64,000 nt of DNA from Amoebidium appalachense (GCA_963693365.1 CAVNZM010000011.1:8545937-8609936); one strand, 5' to 3'; counted from the first letter of the stretch, positions 1 through 24,286 are shown. Made by a program: numbers and translations. The notes: a model not told the origin generated them from the letters alone.

Positions 1-312
1 AACGAAGAGACAATTCCTCCATACGACAAACAGCAGACGATAATCCAAACATACTGATTAAGGGAGGCACAAACCGAGTACGAAACAAAGTGCGCAGCGC
101 AGTACTGAAAATCGTCGAACTCTTTCAGCGCCTCGGCCGCCTCGCGAGGTGGGGCGCAGGCCAATAGGGCAAGTCCATATTCGAAAGTCGGTCGTTAAAA
201 AGTTTTATAGTAAAGAAGAAGGTTCGCAGGATGGATCACAGACTCCCGTTGAAACATATTTGACACGATGTGAAGCGTACCCTTCGCACGAGCGATCCGT
301 GCCGTGAGGAGC
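1..312 (-). pseudogene. Degenerate non-LTR (LINE) RT thumb-region fragment, continuing off the window start
   Basis: The minus strand translates as LLTARIARAKGTLHIVSNMFQRESVIHPANLLLYYKTF*RPTFEYGLALLACAPP...EFDDFQ, then after a frameshift VPPLISMFGLSSAVCRMEELSLR. This is colinear with 6620-6960 (IHPANLLTLYKVFLRPCFEYGLPLLLCAPP...APLLSVFGL). It contains an in-frame stop. Confidence 0.85.
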
Positions 313-395
313 TTTTTTTTTATATAATGACTTTATTGATATGCTCATGAAAGAGAAGCAAGCCGGAGATGAAAATATAAAACAATAAAAGAAGT
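313..395 (-). mobile_element. Isolated 3' terminus (3' UTR, AATAAA, poly-A) of a related LINE
   Basis: The minus strand ends ...TGAGCATATCAATAAAGTCATTATA followed by a short A-tail, matching the 3' end of the + strand LINE at about 7688-7716. The upstream 60 nt are diverged but alignable. Confidence 0.75.
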
Positions 396-1029
396 AGGAA
401 TACTAGCTGCATTTGATTGGCTGCGCTGGAAAACTCAGTAGGCCGTCAAGTGAGGCTGGGTTCCTGACGATGTCCGCAGCAATACAAAGTGCATAAGCCC
501 CCAAGCCAGTCACCTTAACTAACATATTTCGTCGCCTATTCGAGTCTTGCATATTGCGTGCCTTCCACAAACACGAGACCTTATCGAGTGTCTTCCGGTT
601 GAGCAACATTCAGGGCGGATTTCGGTGTGCTTATTCGTGCTATACTCATGCTCTTTTATTACACGACACTATTCGTTCTGGATGTCGCGAGGTATGCTTT
701 ATCGACCTTAAGAATGCCTATGACAGGGTTCCAACGAATTTGCTGTGGCACAAGTTGGCCTCTCGAGGGCTACCTCTTCCCTTTGGTCGGCTACTTCAGG
801 TGTTATTTGACCGCACCCATGGGGCTGCCGTTGTGAATGGGGTACTGCGTAACGGATTCAATCATACTCGAGGCCTTTTACAGGGCTCACTTTTGAGTCC
901 CCTTCTCTTTGATGTCTTTATTGACGACTTAGCGGTAGATTTTCAACAATTTCCATATGCCGGCGACTCTTGTGTCTCCGGCCTTTTTTTCGCTGATGAT
1001 ATTGTCGTAGTCACTCACGATCCTTCTAT

Positions 1030-1113
1030 GAAAACTACTCCGGGACGTGTGTTGCCTCTAGGGGGACATCCCCTTGGACGAAAGTGAACCTGCAATGGTT
1101 GTAAACCACGGCA
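1030..1113 (-). repeat. Ngaro terminal repeat B2 (84 bp)
   Basis: Identical to 1593-1676 (GAAAACTACTCCGGG...GTAAACCACGGCA). Confidence 0.95.
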
Positions 1114-1243
1114 GGCCCCCAGTCATCAATTTATTGATCCGTGAGGTCCTTGTGCCCAAAAAACGGGGGAAGTCTTCGCCCCGTGAAAAAACAGCACGTA
1201 TGTGGGGATCAATGGGGGTTGAGTGTAGGGTGTAGGTGGGTGG

Positions 1244-1587
1244 GTGAAAAAGAAAATATAGCTGTAAAGCTGTACTAGTAGGTGCTAAACACAGAAGATG
1301 TGTTGTTGCTTGCTGATCTGCTAAAAACTGTCGTGCTTATATACCTAAGGCTACCGAACTGAGCCAATCAAAACCGATCTAGTGTTATGTGAAATCTTAT
1401 CCTGAGCCAATCAAACTCGGTCTAGTGATCTGTGGAATCTGATGTTTTGATCGGCTAATAGGTGCCCGTCTGCGGGCAGCCGAACGCGAACTGCTAAAAC
1501 ATGAAACGAAGCCTGTTGATATCGGACACCCATCCTACGTGTTTACCCAGAAAAATATTTATGTCAATAATTTCCACAAATAAAACC
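1244..1587 (-). repeat. Ngaro repeat A2
   Basis: Matches 6094-6431 apart from a 6-bp insertion (CTAGTA) near 1275. Confidence 0.95.
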
Positions 1588-1592
1588 TCTAT

Positions 1593-1676
1593 GAAAACTA
1601 CTCCGGGACGTGTGTTGCCTCTAGGGGGACATCCCCTTGGACGAAAGTGAACCTGCAATGGTTGTAAACCACGGCA
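1593..1676 (-). repeat. Ngaro internal repeat B1 (84 bp)
   Basis: Identical to 1030-1113. Joined to A2 through TCTAT (1588-1592). Confidence 0.95.
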
Positions 1677-1704
1677 CGAGAGCAGTATGCTTGCTCCAAA
1701 GGTT

Positions 1705-2901
1705 TCACTTAAGAATAGAGGCGAATACACGTGTGGTAGTGGCAGCAATGGAGGCCGGACGAAGTCGGGTATAGATCAGGAAACAGTCGGAGGACCACCT
1801 GCCGAGTTGTTTGATCCGGGAGTCGTCGACCCCGGCCTCAGCCAGTGCTGTGGCCCCCCCGATGCGGAGGCTGTGTCCGGCAAACCGGGAGGGTGAGAGG
1901 CCTGCCCGGGAGAGGAGGGCACGGAAGTCGGCAGAGAAAGCACTCTTGGTGTAGGGGATGCCACCGAGACTGAAGAGGGGGTCGTCGGGTTGACCGGACG
2001 TTGTATCCAGGAACTGCCGGAGGTCGATGGGCTGGGGAGAAGTGGGTGAGGGGCAGGGCAGCTAGAGTGACGTTGACACCTCGGGCCTGTACATCCGTCT
2101 TAGAGGTGGGCAGGTGGAGGGTGGCATGGGACAAAGTACCGGTGGGGGTGTAGGTGAAGGTCACGTCTTTCCGTTTAACGTGACGGGACGGGTCGAAAGA
2201 AGTCAGGGTCTTGGAGGTAAATTCCCCTGAACGGAGGAGACCACAGAAACCGACGATGAGGGCCGTCCATAGCCGGAGATTGGCCGAGGAGGCCTTGGTG
2301 GGGCACTGGCCATGAAGTAGGTTGAGGTGGGAGGGCAGGAGGGGTTCCCTGGTGGATGAGCGGGGTCGGATGTTGTGAGAAAGCTGCCATCTGCCCACCC
2401 CCCGTAGGAACCAGGCCAGAGACTTGTCGTGGGGGTAGGGAGCAGGGAGGCCCATGTCGAGGTGGAGCCTGGTGATGGCCGAATTGTAGCCGGTTAAGGA
2501 AGAGGACTGTACCCCTCGTTGGGCACACCAGGCGAGAAAAAGTTGCACGGTGTGTGGGGAGGCCGGGAGGGAGGACCCGGAGGGGGATTGCAGCCGAGAT
2601 GCCACACAGAAATCAATGAACACTTTTTGCACCCGGGAGTAAAAGGCCCGAGAGTCGAGGTTGAGACTCAGGGCCTGGCATTCCTGCAGGGTAGTGGTGG
2701 CTCGAAGCAGCTCGGCCGGAGCAAAGTGGGGGGCCAATCTGCCAGCGTTGCTCCGGAACGGGAGATCTGGGGGGGGGGGGGGGGGTTAGCCCAAGGGGAG
2801 GGATAGGAACTCGTGGACCCAGGAGGGGAAGGGGCAGGGCTCCGGTTGCAGGGAAGGTCGGAGTCGTCGGGCCCGGGGAAGTTGGTTACGAGAAATGGCA
2901 T
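1705..2901 (-). CDS. Tyrosine recombinase of the Ngaro element (frameshifted as assembled)
   Basis: Motifs are GLLRSGEF (R) and SKTD (K). After a +1 shift near 2029 the frame reads IDLRQFL...PLF...FAGHSLRIGGATALAEAG...LGRWSSDCFLIY (H-x-x-R, W, Y), with the stop at 1705-1707. The likely ATG at 2901 joins only through a shift in the poly-C run near 2769-2785, so the start is uncertain. Confidence 0.85.
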
Positions 2902-4438
2902 CGGCCAGATGGTTGAGGGGTCCTGGTAGGTAGGATGCCTGTAACGTAAATTGGTATTGCATTTCCATGCGGGTGATGAACCGAATAAGTTTGGCCATCA
3001 CGGGGTGGGGGGAAGACCGGGAGTGCAGGTCAGACACAGCACCCGTGTTGTCGCATAAAATACGGACATGGTGGGTGGACCAGGAGGGGGCCCAGAGGGC
3101 CACGGCGGCTGCGATGGCCAGGAGTTCGATGACGGAAGAACCGAGTTTACCCTCATGAGCATAGAGGGCTTGGGTGGAGGGGGACCAGGGCATGAAGAAC
3201 CATTGGTCGAGCCAGTGGCCTCCTAGACCCACCGATCCGGCAGCATCGGTGGCCAGGGTAGTGTATGTGGGGGGTGTGATGAGGTGCACCCCATTCCATG
3301 ATGTGAGGAACTGGTGCCATTCGGCTATGTCGGCCCGGGCGGCAGCAGTCAGTCGTATGTGGTGGTGGCCGGCAAGGTGTGGGTGGGTCCGGAGAAGGGC
3401 CCATAGGCGCTGGGAGAAGGCCCTCCCGGGGGGAACCAGCTGGGCACACCAGGTGAGTTTGCCGAGGAGGGACTGGAGGTCCCGAATGGTGATGGTGGGC
3501 TTTGGGTGGGAAGTGAGGTCGAGTAGGTCCGAGAGCTTGGAAGCCGGGATTCGTGCCTCCATGGCGATGGAGTCAAATTCGATACCGATGAAGACGACAC
3601 GGGTAGCCGGGCCCTGCATGTTGTCTTCGGAGATGGCAATGTGCAGCTCTCGGCAGAGTTGCAGGAAGGTGGATAGGTGACGTTGGCACTGCTCTTGTGT
3701 GGGGGCGACTATAATCCAGTCGTCTACGTAGTGGCGGATGAGGGTAATACCGTGCTGGTGTGCCAGCCACTGTAGGGTGGCTGCGATTCGTTCCCAGATG
3801 GCTGGGCTAGATTTCAGGCCGAAGGGCAGTCTGGTTTCAACGTAAAAATGCCCCAGCCATTTGAATGCCATTAAGTGATGGTCTTCTGGTCGGATGGGCA
3901 TGTGCCGGAAGGCAGCCTGCACATCTGCCACGGCCATGTAGCAGCCGGGGCCTGCGTCGAGAATGAGCTGGGTGACGTCCCGGGCGCGAATGTACTGAAG
4001 TTCGTCGGGGTAGGTGATACTGTCATTGACACTGCTACCCCGGGGCCAGGAGAGGTGGTGGATTCGACGGTACTTGGGGGGGTTCCCTTTCTTGGTAACG
4101 GCGCCGATGGGGGAGGAACGGTGGACCGGAAATTCATCAAAGAATTGGGCCGGGGAGAGGGGGCCGCGCAGGTGGCCGAGGGCGACTTCTTTGGCAATAT
4201 CCGCCGTGATAGCGGAAGCTGCCTCCGGGGTGGTGGGTAGGTTGGGGCCCACCCGAGAGGTGGAGGGGCCGCGATAGCCGATGTCGACACCGAATTCGAC
4301 ATCGTGGAGGAGTTGTGCGGCGAATGATTGGTCCGGGTAGGAGGCCAGCAGTTCCCGGAGGCGGGAGGTGTCAATGTGGTGCTGGGGCAGCGGGCGGGCC
4401 TCCGGGTCTGAGCCTCGGGGGAAGGGGGTGGTTAGCAA
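2786..4438 (-). CDS. Reverse transcriptase / RNase H (pol) of the Ngaro element
   Basis: Motifs: LASYPDQ...GVDIGYRGP, KYRRIHHLSWP, DVQAAFRH, LPFGLKSSP, HYVDD, FIGIEFD, LQSLLGKL, and RNase H TDAAG...ELLAI...CDN...NHLADAISR. The frame is open for 550 codons. The true start codon is not resolved. Confidence 0.93.
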   Translation of the reverse strand: MLTTPFPRGSDPEARPLPQHHIDTSRLRELLASYPDQSFAAQLLHDVEFGVDIGYRGPSTSRVGPNLPTTPEAASAITADIAKEVALGHLRGPLSPAQFFDEFPVHRSSPIGAVTKKGNPPKYRRIHHLSWPRGSSVNDSITYPDELQYIRARDVTQLILDAGPGCYMAVADVQAAFRHMPIRPEDHHLMAFKWLGHFYVETRLPFGLKSSPAIWERIAATLQWLAHQHGITLIRHYVDDWIIVAPTQEQCQRHLSTFLQLCRELHIAISEDNMQGPATRVVFIGIEFDSIAMEARIPASKLSDLLDLTSHPKPTITIRDLQSLLGKLTWCAQLVPPGRAFSQRLWALLRTHPHLAGHHHIRLTAAARADIAEWHQFLTSWNGVHLITPPTYTTLATDAAGSVGLGGHWLDQWFFMPWSPSTQALYAHEGKLGSSVIELLAIAAAVALWAPSWSTHHVRILCDNTGAVSDLHSRSSPHPVMAKLIRFITRMEMQYQFTLQASYLPGPLNHLADAISRNQLPRARRLRPSLQPEPCPFPSWVHEFLSLPLG

Positions 4439-4469
4439 GGGTGGGGCACCCTCGGGGAGATCCCGGCAG

Positions 4470-4506
<37 letters not shown>

Positions 4507-4894
4507 CAGGGCCCCGGGGGGGTTAGAGTAGGGCAGCTGGGCCCGAGTGAGGGTTGGCAGGGAGGGCAGCGGGGCCCTGTGCAGGGGAATGTGCCCGAGC
4601 ACGCGGAGGTGTGGGCGGACACAGAGGTAGAAGAAGGGGGGGAGGGAGTGCTAGGTGAGTGTAAGGGGGGGGAGGCTCGTGGGATGGGGGGGGGAGTAAA
4701 TTTATGTGCAGTGGCCAGAATAAACGTCTTTGTGTAGGGACATTTATTCTTGACGCGCGCGGGCGCCGTAGTTGGCCTGCGAAATTTTGTACTCAGCCCT
4801 ATTGGCCCGTTCTCCCGAGCTCCGTTTCCCTGTACTCGTGTGTCCTAGCTCCTAACCCCTATGTTCTAGCTGTGTGTGTGGGTGTGCGCGTAGA

Positions 4895-6065
4895 CTAGAC
4901 ATTGTGCTTGCAGTCTTTGCGGGGGTGTGTGCCAGAGCAGAGCGGGCACACGTGGGAGAAGGGGCAGGGCTGCTTAGCGCAGGACCGACCGTTAATGTGG
5001 AAATTCCTGCAGTGCGTCGCGGGTAGATCCACGGGTCGGGCCGGTTTTGCCGGGCCGGGTTGCGGGCCAGGGCGGTTGGGGGTTTGGCCCCCGCCGGGCT
5101 TGTGGGGCGGCTTAAAGCCGTCAAGACCACAGCCGGGCTTGGGGTACATGGGGCAGGCCGCGCTGGGGTGGTCGGGGAAGCCACAGCGCTGATATGCGTC
5201 CGGGATGAGCAGAGTGGGTGGCAGGAGGAGATCCTGGTGGAGTTGGGCGAGCAGGTTGGGACACTTGATCGGGGCCCGACCCTGCTGGTGGGCAACGGTT
5301 CGGGCGTATACGTCATAGTTGTGGATCTGGGCCCACGGGTATCGGGTGCTGAGGTGAGTGATGTGCTGAGTCCAAAGTACGTCCTTGTCCGTGGGGAGGC
5401 CGAGGTGGTGCTTGGCGGCCATGTAATGGGTCCAAGCTTGGATCCAAATGACGAGTGAACGCAGGGGAACGGGTTTGTCTTGGCGAAAAGTCTCGATGCT
5501 GCCATCGTCGGCCATGCGCAGATGCTGACCTTTCTTGGATGGGGCCAGGAGGGCGGCGGGGGTGAACTTATACAGGTCGACGAAACGATTGGCGCGCAAA
5601 TCTGCCAGCACATCCGCGGGGGGAAGCGGGAGTGTGCCCGGCTGAATGTCGCCAGTGTTCTCACCTGTGATGGGGGGCGCGGGCAGGGCAGGTAGGTCTA
5701 GGTCAGGGCCGAGATGCAGCCCCCGGGGAAACCTCCCCGGGTGCGGAGGGCGCGGCGGGGGGCGCGGGAGGGTCGCGGTTGGTGAGAGCAGCCAGGACGC
5801 CAGCCATCTGGGTGCTGATGGCGGTGAGGGCGGCAAGGACGGCGTCTTGAGAAGTCATCTGCGGGGACGGCGGGGCCTGAGGGGGGACTTCAGGGGGGGA
5901 GGGGAGACTAGCCGGCGGGTCCGGGTCCGTGGTGGTATGGGCCGCTGGAGGCGCGTCAGTGTCCGCGGGAGCGTTGGTCAGCCTGTGGCGGAGGTGCTGC
6001 GGGTCAGGCGCTTGGGTGCCGCGGCAGGGGCGGTGGCTGAGGCCTGGCGCTTTTTCGGCGGCATG
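4895..6065 (-). CDS. Gag-like ORF1 of the Ngaro element (two frameshifts as assembled)
   Basis: Starts MPPKKRQ at 6065, with shifts near 5982 and 5722. The C-terminal CRNFHINGRSCAKQPCPFSHVCPLCSGTHPRKDC is a CCCH finger plus a CCHC-like finger. There is also a degenerate knuckle YQRCGFPDHPSAAC. Confidence 0.8.
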
Positions 6066-6093
6066 CTGACCGGCGTACGGAAAGATAGGGAGA

Positions 6094-6431
6094 GTGAAAA
6101 AGAAAATATAGCTGTAAAGCTGTAGGTGCTAAACACAGAAGATGTGTTGTTGCTTGCTGATCTGCTAAAAACTGTCGTGCTTATATACCTAAGGCTACCG
6201 AACTGAGCCAATCAAAACCGATCTAGTGTTATGTGAAATCTTATCCTGAGCCAATCAAACTCGGTCTAGTGATCTGTGGAATCTGATGTTTTGATCGGCT
6301 AATAGGTGCCCGTCTGCGGGCAGCCGAACGCGAACTGCTAAAACATGAAACGAAGCCTGTTGATATCGGACACCCATCCTACGTGTTTACCCAGAAAAAT
6401 ATTTATGTCAATAATTTCCACAAATAAAACC
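6094..6431 (-). repeat. Ngaro 5' terminal repeat A1
   Basis: Matches 1244-1587. Confidence 0.95.
6180..6290 (-). promoter_or_regulatory. Putative Pol II promoter in repeat A: duplicated CCAAT unit followed by a TATA box
   Basis: Two imperfect 43-bp units starting CTGAGCCAATCAAA, then TATATAAG on the minus strand at about 6180-6187, about 115 nt upstream of the gag ATG. Confidence 0.5.
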
Positions 6432-7940
6432 TCTATCATGAACAACATGCTTTCTTGAGTAGCATCGATGACTGGTGTTTCCGAAATTTCGTGAAAATTG
6501 GGATAGATAAATGCGGCACCTTTTCTTCCAATGCACAGTACACTCTGAACAATCAACCTATCCCAATCGTGTCCTCCTATGACTATTTAGGTATTCCTTT
6601 CACCTCTGAGGATATCTGGTTTGAGCGCCTTTTGACTTCGCGCATTTCTCGTTCGCGGGGTCGCTTACATATCTATCAAGGAATATTCGCAAATATCTCT
6701 AATATTCATCCTGCCAATTTGCTCACTCTTTATAAAGTTTTTCTTCGTCCATGTTTCGAATATGGCCTCCCGTTACTCTTGTGTGCCCCTCCACGGCAAC
6801 AGCGCGTAGCTCTTCGGGAATTCGATTCCTTTCAGCGTGAATTCATCCAGTTTATTTCTCGGACCTCGCCTCGCGTAGGCATCCTTTGGCGGCTCCCTTG
6901 CTGAGTGTTTTTGGTCTCCCTCCGGCGCGCCAGCGTGTGAATGAATTAGGACTTCACTTTTGTTTTCATTTGGTTAGGCTTCCTTCTTATCATCCTTTGT
7001 TGCAATTCTTTCCTTCTTTAGCACCTGTTCCCGGCATTTCTAATGTTCGTGCGAAATGTCCTATCCCCAATCTCTTTCCCATTCCGAGATATCCTTCTAA
7101 ATACGTATCTCCTTTATTTTTCTCTTCTACTAGTTATCAGCAGTATGCCATAAGTTACTTGGTTTCATACTCAATATCCTTTGCTTCATCGTTGTGATAA
7201 AGAGTATCACTGTGGTAGGGCTCTTGAGCCTCTGCTTCTTTCTATATTAGAGACTAGGCTATTTTCTTTACAATCGTTGTGTAAAGTAGCTACTTATATT
7301 TACCCTTCCTCTCGTAAACCTACCACACTTACCGATTTTGCAATTCTAACCCCTCCTTGTGATATAGCTTGGAAATGTTTATTTTAGCGCTGTAACCTTT
7401 TGTTTCCATAAATGTTTGTGCCACTTTTGTGCAGAACCTTTTTCTCGTAAACACTTAGATAGATGTATTTATTTATCTCAGATTATTCCGTTAGAAAATA
7501 GAAGACTGGCTTATTTAGATAATCCTGATATTACGTCTATTGACTATCTGTTGAACCACGGTATGTTTAATGAGTTTTCTAGGGTGTATGAATATTTAAG
7601 TCGTTATCTCCTCCGCATCCGAGAGTGAGGGCTTTTGTATTTTTCTTCTCCGAGATATCGGTGATATCTCGATGGCTTCTATTTTGCTGAGCATATCAAT
7701 AAAGTCATTATAAAAACAATATTGCGACTTGCAAAGCACTAGACCGAAAAATGAATCAGCTGATTGACTGACACTTCGGAATCCGGGTCCGAGTTCAAGC
7801 AGAATCGCGTGGGGATGTTTTGATCTTCCTTTCCTCTAATGCCCGAGCAAGCGAGAGAGAGCAAAACACGGATTTTCACTTTTTTGTTCTTTAAAATTTA
7901 TGGTTGAATCATATTTCCCGGTGCACGAGGTTCTTTGCCA

Positions 7941-8718
<778 letters not shown>

Positions 8719-9026
8719 CATACACCCGCCCGCCAGCTTCCCCACAGCTGCCGGCCGGTCTTGGCTCAGTACTCCCCAACTTCGAATCAGGATATTTTCG
8801 CATTTTCAAAGAGTTCAAAGTTTTTGGTTTTGGCTACTCAATATTTTATGTTTGATGGTGACCGGCTGTGCTACATGAGACTTGCGCAAGTGGCGCCAGG
8901 TATGCCACAATGCAGATCTGCCGTGTTTTGATTTATCTATTTTTGTCAATGATTCATATGTGTGCTTTATGCACTTTAATTTAATGCGTATGTATGTATG
9001 TTTGTGCAGTGCACGCCATGGCCGAT

Positions 9027-9058
<32 letters not shown>

Positions 9059-9560
9059 GCCACTCAGTTTTTAATGTTGCCATGGTTCATGTGTGTGTTT
9101 TCAAATCGATTAGGGTGTGTCTGTGTGTGTGTGTGTATGTGCGGTGCCACGATGTGTGCGCGTTTACGTACTGCCGGTGATAGACGTCTATGTGACCAGA
9201 TGAATGAATTGCCTGTGTACGTGTCAGCAACAGAAATTCAATCAAGGGCGGTGGCGGTGATAAGGAGGGAGGGGGTGGGGGAGATGGGGGGGGGGGGAGG
9301 GTGAGGGGGGGGGGGGGGGGGGGGGGAAGGAAGGGGGAAGAGGAGGGGGAGGGGGGAGGGAGATGGATTTCAAACGTTGATTTCTAATTTTTTTTTGATA
9401 TTCCCCTTCTTACAACTGCTCTGCGTATTTTTCCCACCAGGGCTTGCAACTATGTTTTCTTCCCAGCTAGCGCTTCCCATTTTGCAGTTTACATACATCC
9501 CCCCCCCTCCCCCTCCCCCTCCCTCATGCCCTGCAAGTTGCAAATAACACATTACAGATG

Positions 9561-9834
9561 CCATCCGTCATTAAGAACCCCCCCAAAAGTGTGGTTGCGG
9601 CGCATATTCTTAAACTTTTTGGATGACCGCTACCATATTCTTAATCAATGTGGCACGGGGCTCGGGAGGGGGGGGGGGGGGGGGGGGCATTTGGGGATGT
9701 ATGATCCGGCATGATTTATCGGTCAGTCTGCCATTAAGAACATCAACAAAAATGGTCGCGGTGCATATTCTAAAAAAAAATGCGACTTACCCGCTAGCGT
9801 ATTCTTATTGGCGGGTATTCCTAATGGCGGACGG
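9561..9834. mobile_element. Putative MITE with about 20-bp terminal inverted repeats
   Basis: Left end (TG)CCATCCGTCATTAAGAA versus the reverse complement of the right end, (TA)CCGTCCGCCATTAGGAA. Internal reiterations of CCATTAAGAA and TATTCTTA. Flanks are consistent with a decayed TA target duplication. Confidence 0.55.
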
Positions 9835-10679
9835 TATCCGTAGTTCCTGCATCATATTGATGAGCACAGCCCCTCCTCCCCCCCCCCCCCCGGGGGGAGG
9901 AGGAGGGGGGGGGGGGGGAGAAGGGAAGGGGGGGGGGGGGGGGGAAGGAGGGAGGAGGGGGGGGGGTTGGGGAGGACACAATATTGAATATCGGATATGT
10001 GCTCCCTCCTATGAGACAGATTTATTCATTTATTCATTTATAAGTCAATTTATTACTTTATTAAGTTAGGGTTCATAACTTGGTGTTGATGTTTAACTTA
10101 TTGTCAACATACATGTAATGCAATCATAGCAGTCGCAGATCGCAAAATCACTACCATTTATGAACATAGTTGTAAATATAAGACTTGGTATCATACATTA
10201 CACCAGCTAACTGCGGCCTGAAAAAGTACTACTACGTATACACGTCGGCATATTTAACTATAAATCACCTTCAAAAAACCCCGAAAATTTCAAGGATAGC
10301 AAGACCGCTAGCTGTATCCGTTAGATTTACCTATTCATTATCTGAATTTAAGTAAATTATTGCTGCCCTGGATGACAACCTACGGCCAAGTCGAAGCATT
10401 CTTTATATTGATTGGTGTCGATTTACCAATGTTCAACTAATGCTACTTCCTATCTGTTCGAACTTAAGACCGTTAGTAAAGACAGATAAGATTGCCACCC
10501 CATCTACACACTTAACCAACACACGAGCGCATGATTGGCGCACAAACACGGGCAGAGATTTGTGATGTACCCCCCCCCCCCCCCCCCCCCCGGGCGCGCC
10601 CCCAACACACAAAAACACCTCACACGCGCACGCACACGCACGCGCGCGCGCACACACACACGCACGTGCGCGCACACAC

Positions 10680-10819
<140 letters not shown>

Positions 10820-10824
10820 ACACA

Positions 10825-22639
<11,815 letters not shown>

Positions 22640-24011
22640 GTTTATGGCAAGGCAGTCGTCGTAATCCGGGCTGAAGAGAGGGTGATAGAAAATCTCCAAG
22701 GGGTATCGGTAATATCAGCGGGTAAGTAAAACACAAAACACGATCATAAATTTTCAGAGACAAGAATCGCTGTCAGAGGTAGGTGAATAAATCAATTCTT
22801 GTAATTTTTTTGTGCTTTGAAGCTTTGCAGCCGTTTTGGTCTTGCTAAAACTTTGAGTCACGTCAAGCCTTTCTGAAAATACTTCAAAAGATACAAAAAA
22901 GTAGCTTCATGTGCAAGCTGTGGAGGAAGTAGAACTTTGAAGAGGTCGATTATCGTCAAAGAGTGCCCGAGTTTCACCCCAGTCTCGTTCCTTGTAAACG
23001 CTGACGGGGCAGTAGAAAACAAACACCTTCTAAATTCCGGCGCAGTTATTCAGACACAGAAAAGGAGCTTTTATACCCGACACCCGGCGCACAGGTACCA
23101 AAGTGCAACACCGAAATAAGCCAGAAATAGAAGCAGTGCCTTTTTTTTTTATAGCCAATTGGTAACTACAATTGAAGGCGAATAAATGCATGCGAAAATT
23201 TTCACATGATCAAAACCGACGCAACTCGGTGACGGCATCGAGCCTAACTACGGTATGAGCTTCGGGATCTTGAAAGAAATGAAATTTTGAAACGAAAAAC
23301 AATTTACAGAACCTAAAACAAAAAGGAACAGCCACATATGCAAATGGCTGTTATATATCTAACACTTTGTTCAACATATATTTTAAATATTTGGTTTTAT
23401 TATTATTGATATTTGTTTGTGGAAGAAAAGGCTGTATTATTCAGTGTAAAAAGCATCTTTGTTTTTGATTATTCAATAATGATTGAGCCCGTCCAAATGC
23501 TACATGTGGTGTAGGGGGTATTTTTCACGGGAAAAGCCGCATGCCACAATAAATTAGACAGGTGTGATTAGATAAAAGCCATGAGGCGCGAATGGCCGGG
23601 TCCCAGGCCCGTGCTCAGGCTATTTGAGGGTTATTCTGTTATTTGTAGAAACAAAGTGCGGGAAAAAGGGAACCGGCGCCACGGCCTGCCGTTGCACATG
23701 CATGCATAGGTAGGAGTCACACATCACTATGATCCATGGTTGCAATAGTAGTAGCCTTGTAGGTGCCCTCAATACTTTTTGTGCAGCTGGCCGACCCGGG
23801 CCAGCACCGTCAATTGCAAGTTCACGTGCATCATGTCGACCCCTGAGGCTGCGGCCCCATGCCGGTCACTCGGCACATGTAACACCTTAGTAAATGCAAT
23901 ATGACCTGTGGCATTTACATGTTATTGAGCTTATAGAAAAGATGAAATTCTGAGAACGGCGCCAGCTATAATTAGATTTCAACCCTGGCAATACCCTCCT
24001 CTCCTCCTTTC

Positions 24012-24061
<50 letters not shown>

Positions 24062-24171
24062 GGGCCCAGCGCCAGGCAGAAGGGGAAAAAAAAAAAAAAA
24101 AAAAAGGTTTGAAAAGAACAAATACGCACAGTGTCACCGTGACGTCGACATGTACGTACACAAATGCAGTG

Positions 24172-24286
<115 letters not shown>

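Larger units (their letters stand above)
1030..6436 (-). mobile_element. Full-length Ngaro-like tyrosine-recombinase (DIRS-order) retrotransposon
   Basis: Split direct repeats in the order A1-ORFs-B1-A2-spacer-B2: A1 6094-6431, B1 1593-1676, A2 1244-1587, B2 1030-1113. It encodes gag with Zn fingers, RT/RNase H without a methyltransferase domain, and a YR. The same TCTAT pentamer lies at both host junctions and at the internal B1/A2 junction. Confidence 0.95.
495..7716 (+). mobile_element. 5'-truncated, degenerate LINE retrotransposon interrupted by the Ngaro element (LINE parts about 495-1029 and 6437-7716)
   Basis: RT motifs are KPVTLTNIFRRLFE, FIDLKNAYDRV, LLQGSLLSPLLF and FFADD. Joining across the insertion gives ADDIVVVTHDPSIMNNMLS(fs)SIDDWCFRNFVKIGIDKC. 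Further motifs: YDYLGI, thumb LYKVFLRPCFEYG, and C-terminal CCHC-like CHFCAEPFSRKHLDRC. The 3' end is AATAAAGTCATTATAAAAA. Several stops and frameshifts are present. Confidence 0.9.

Noticed and set aside
1030-1243. Hammerhead ribozyme in Ngaro repeat B or the spacer (GGACGAAAG, hairpins)
   Set aside because: No CTGANGA box in a compatible position on either strand.
2519-6125. Plus-strand and alternate-frame ORFs over the Ngaro element
   Set aside because: Shadows of GC-rich coding sequence with no recognisable motifs.
313-7716. A single element with terminal inverted repeats, or a twin-priming inversion
   Set aside because: The two ends are diverged subfamily 3' termini, each with its own A-tail, and the geometry does not fit twin priming.
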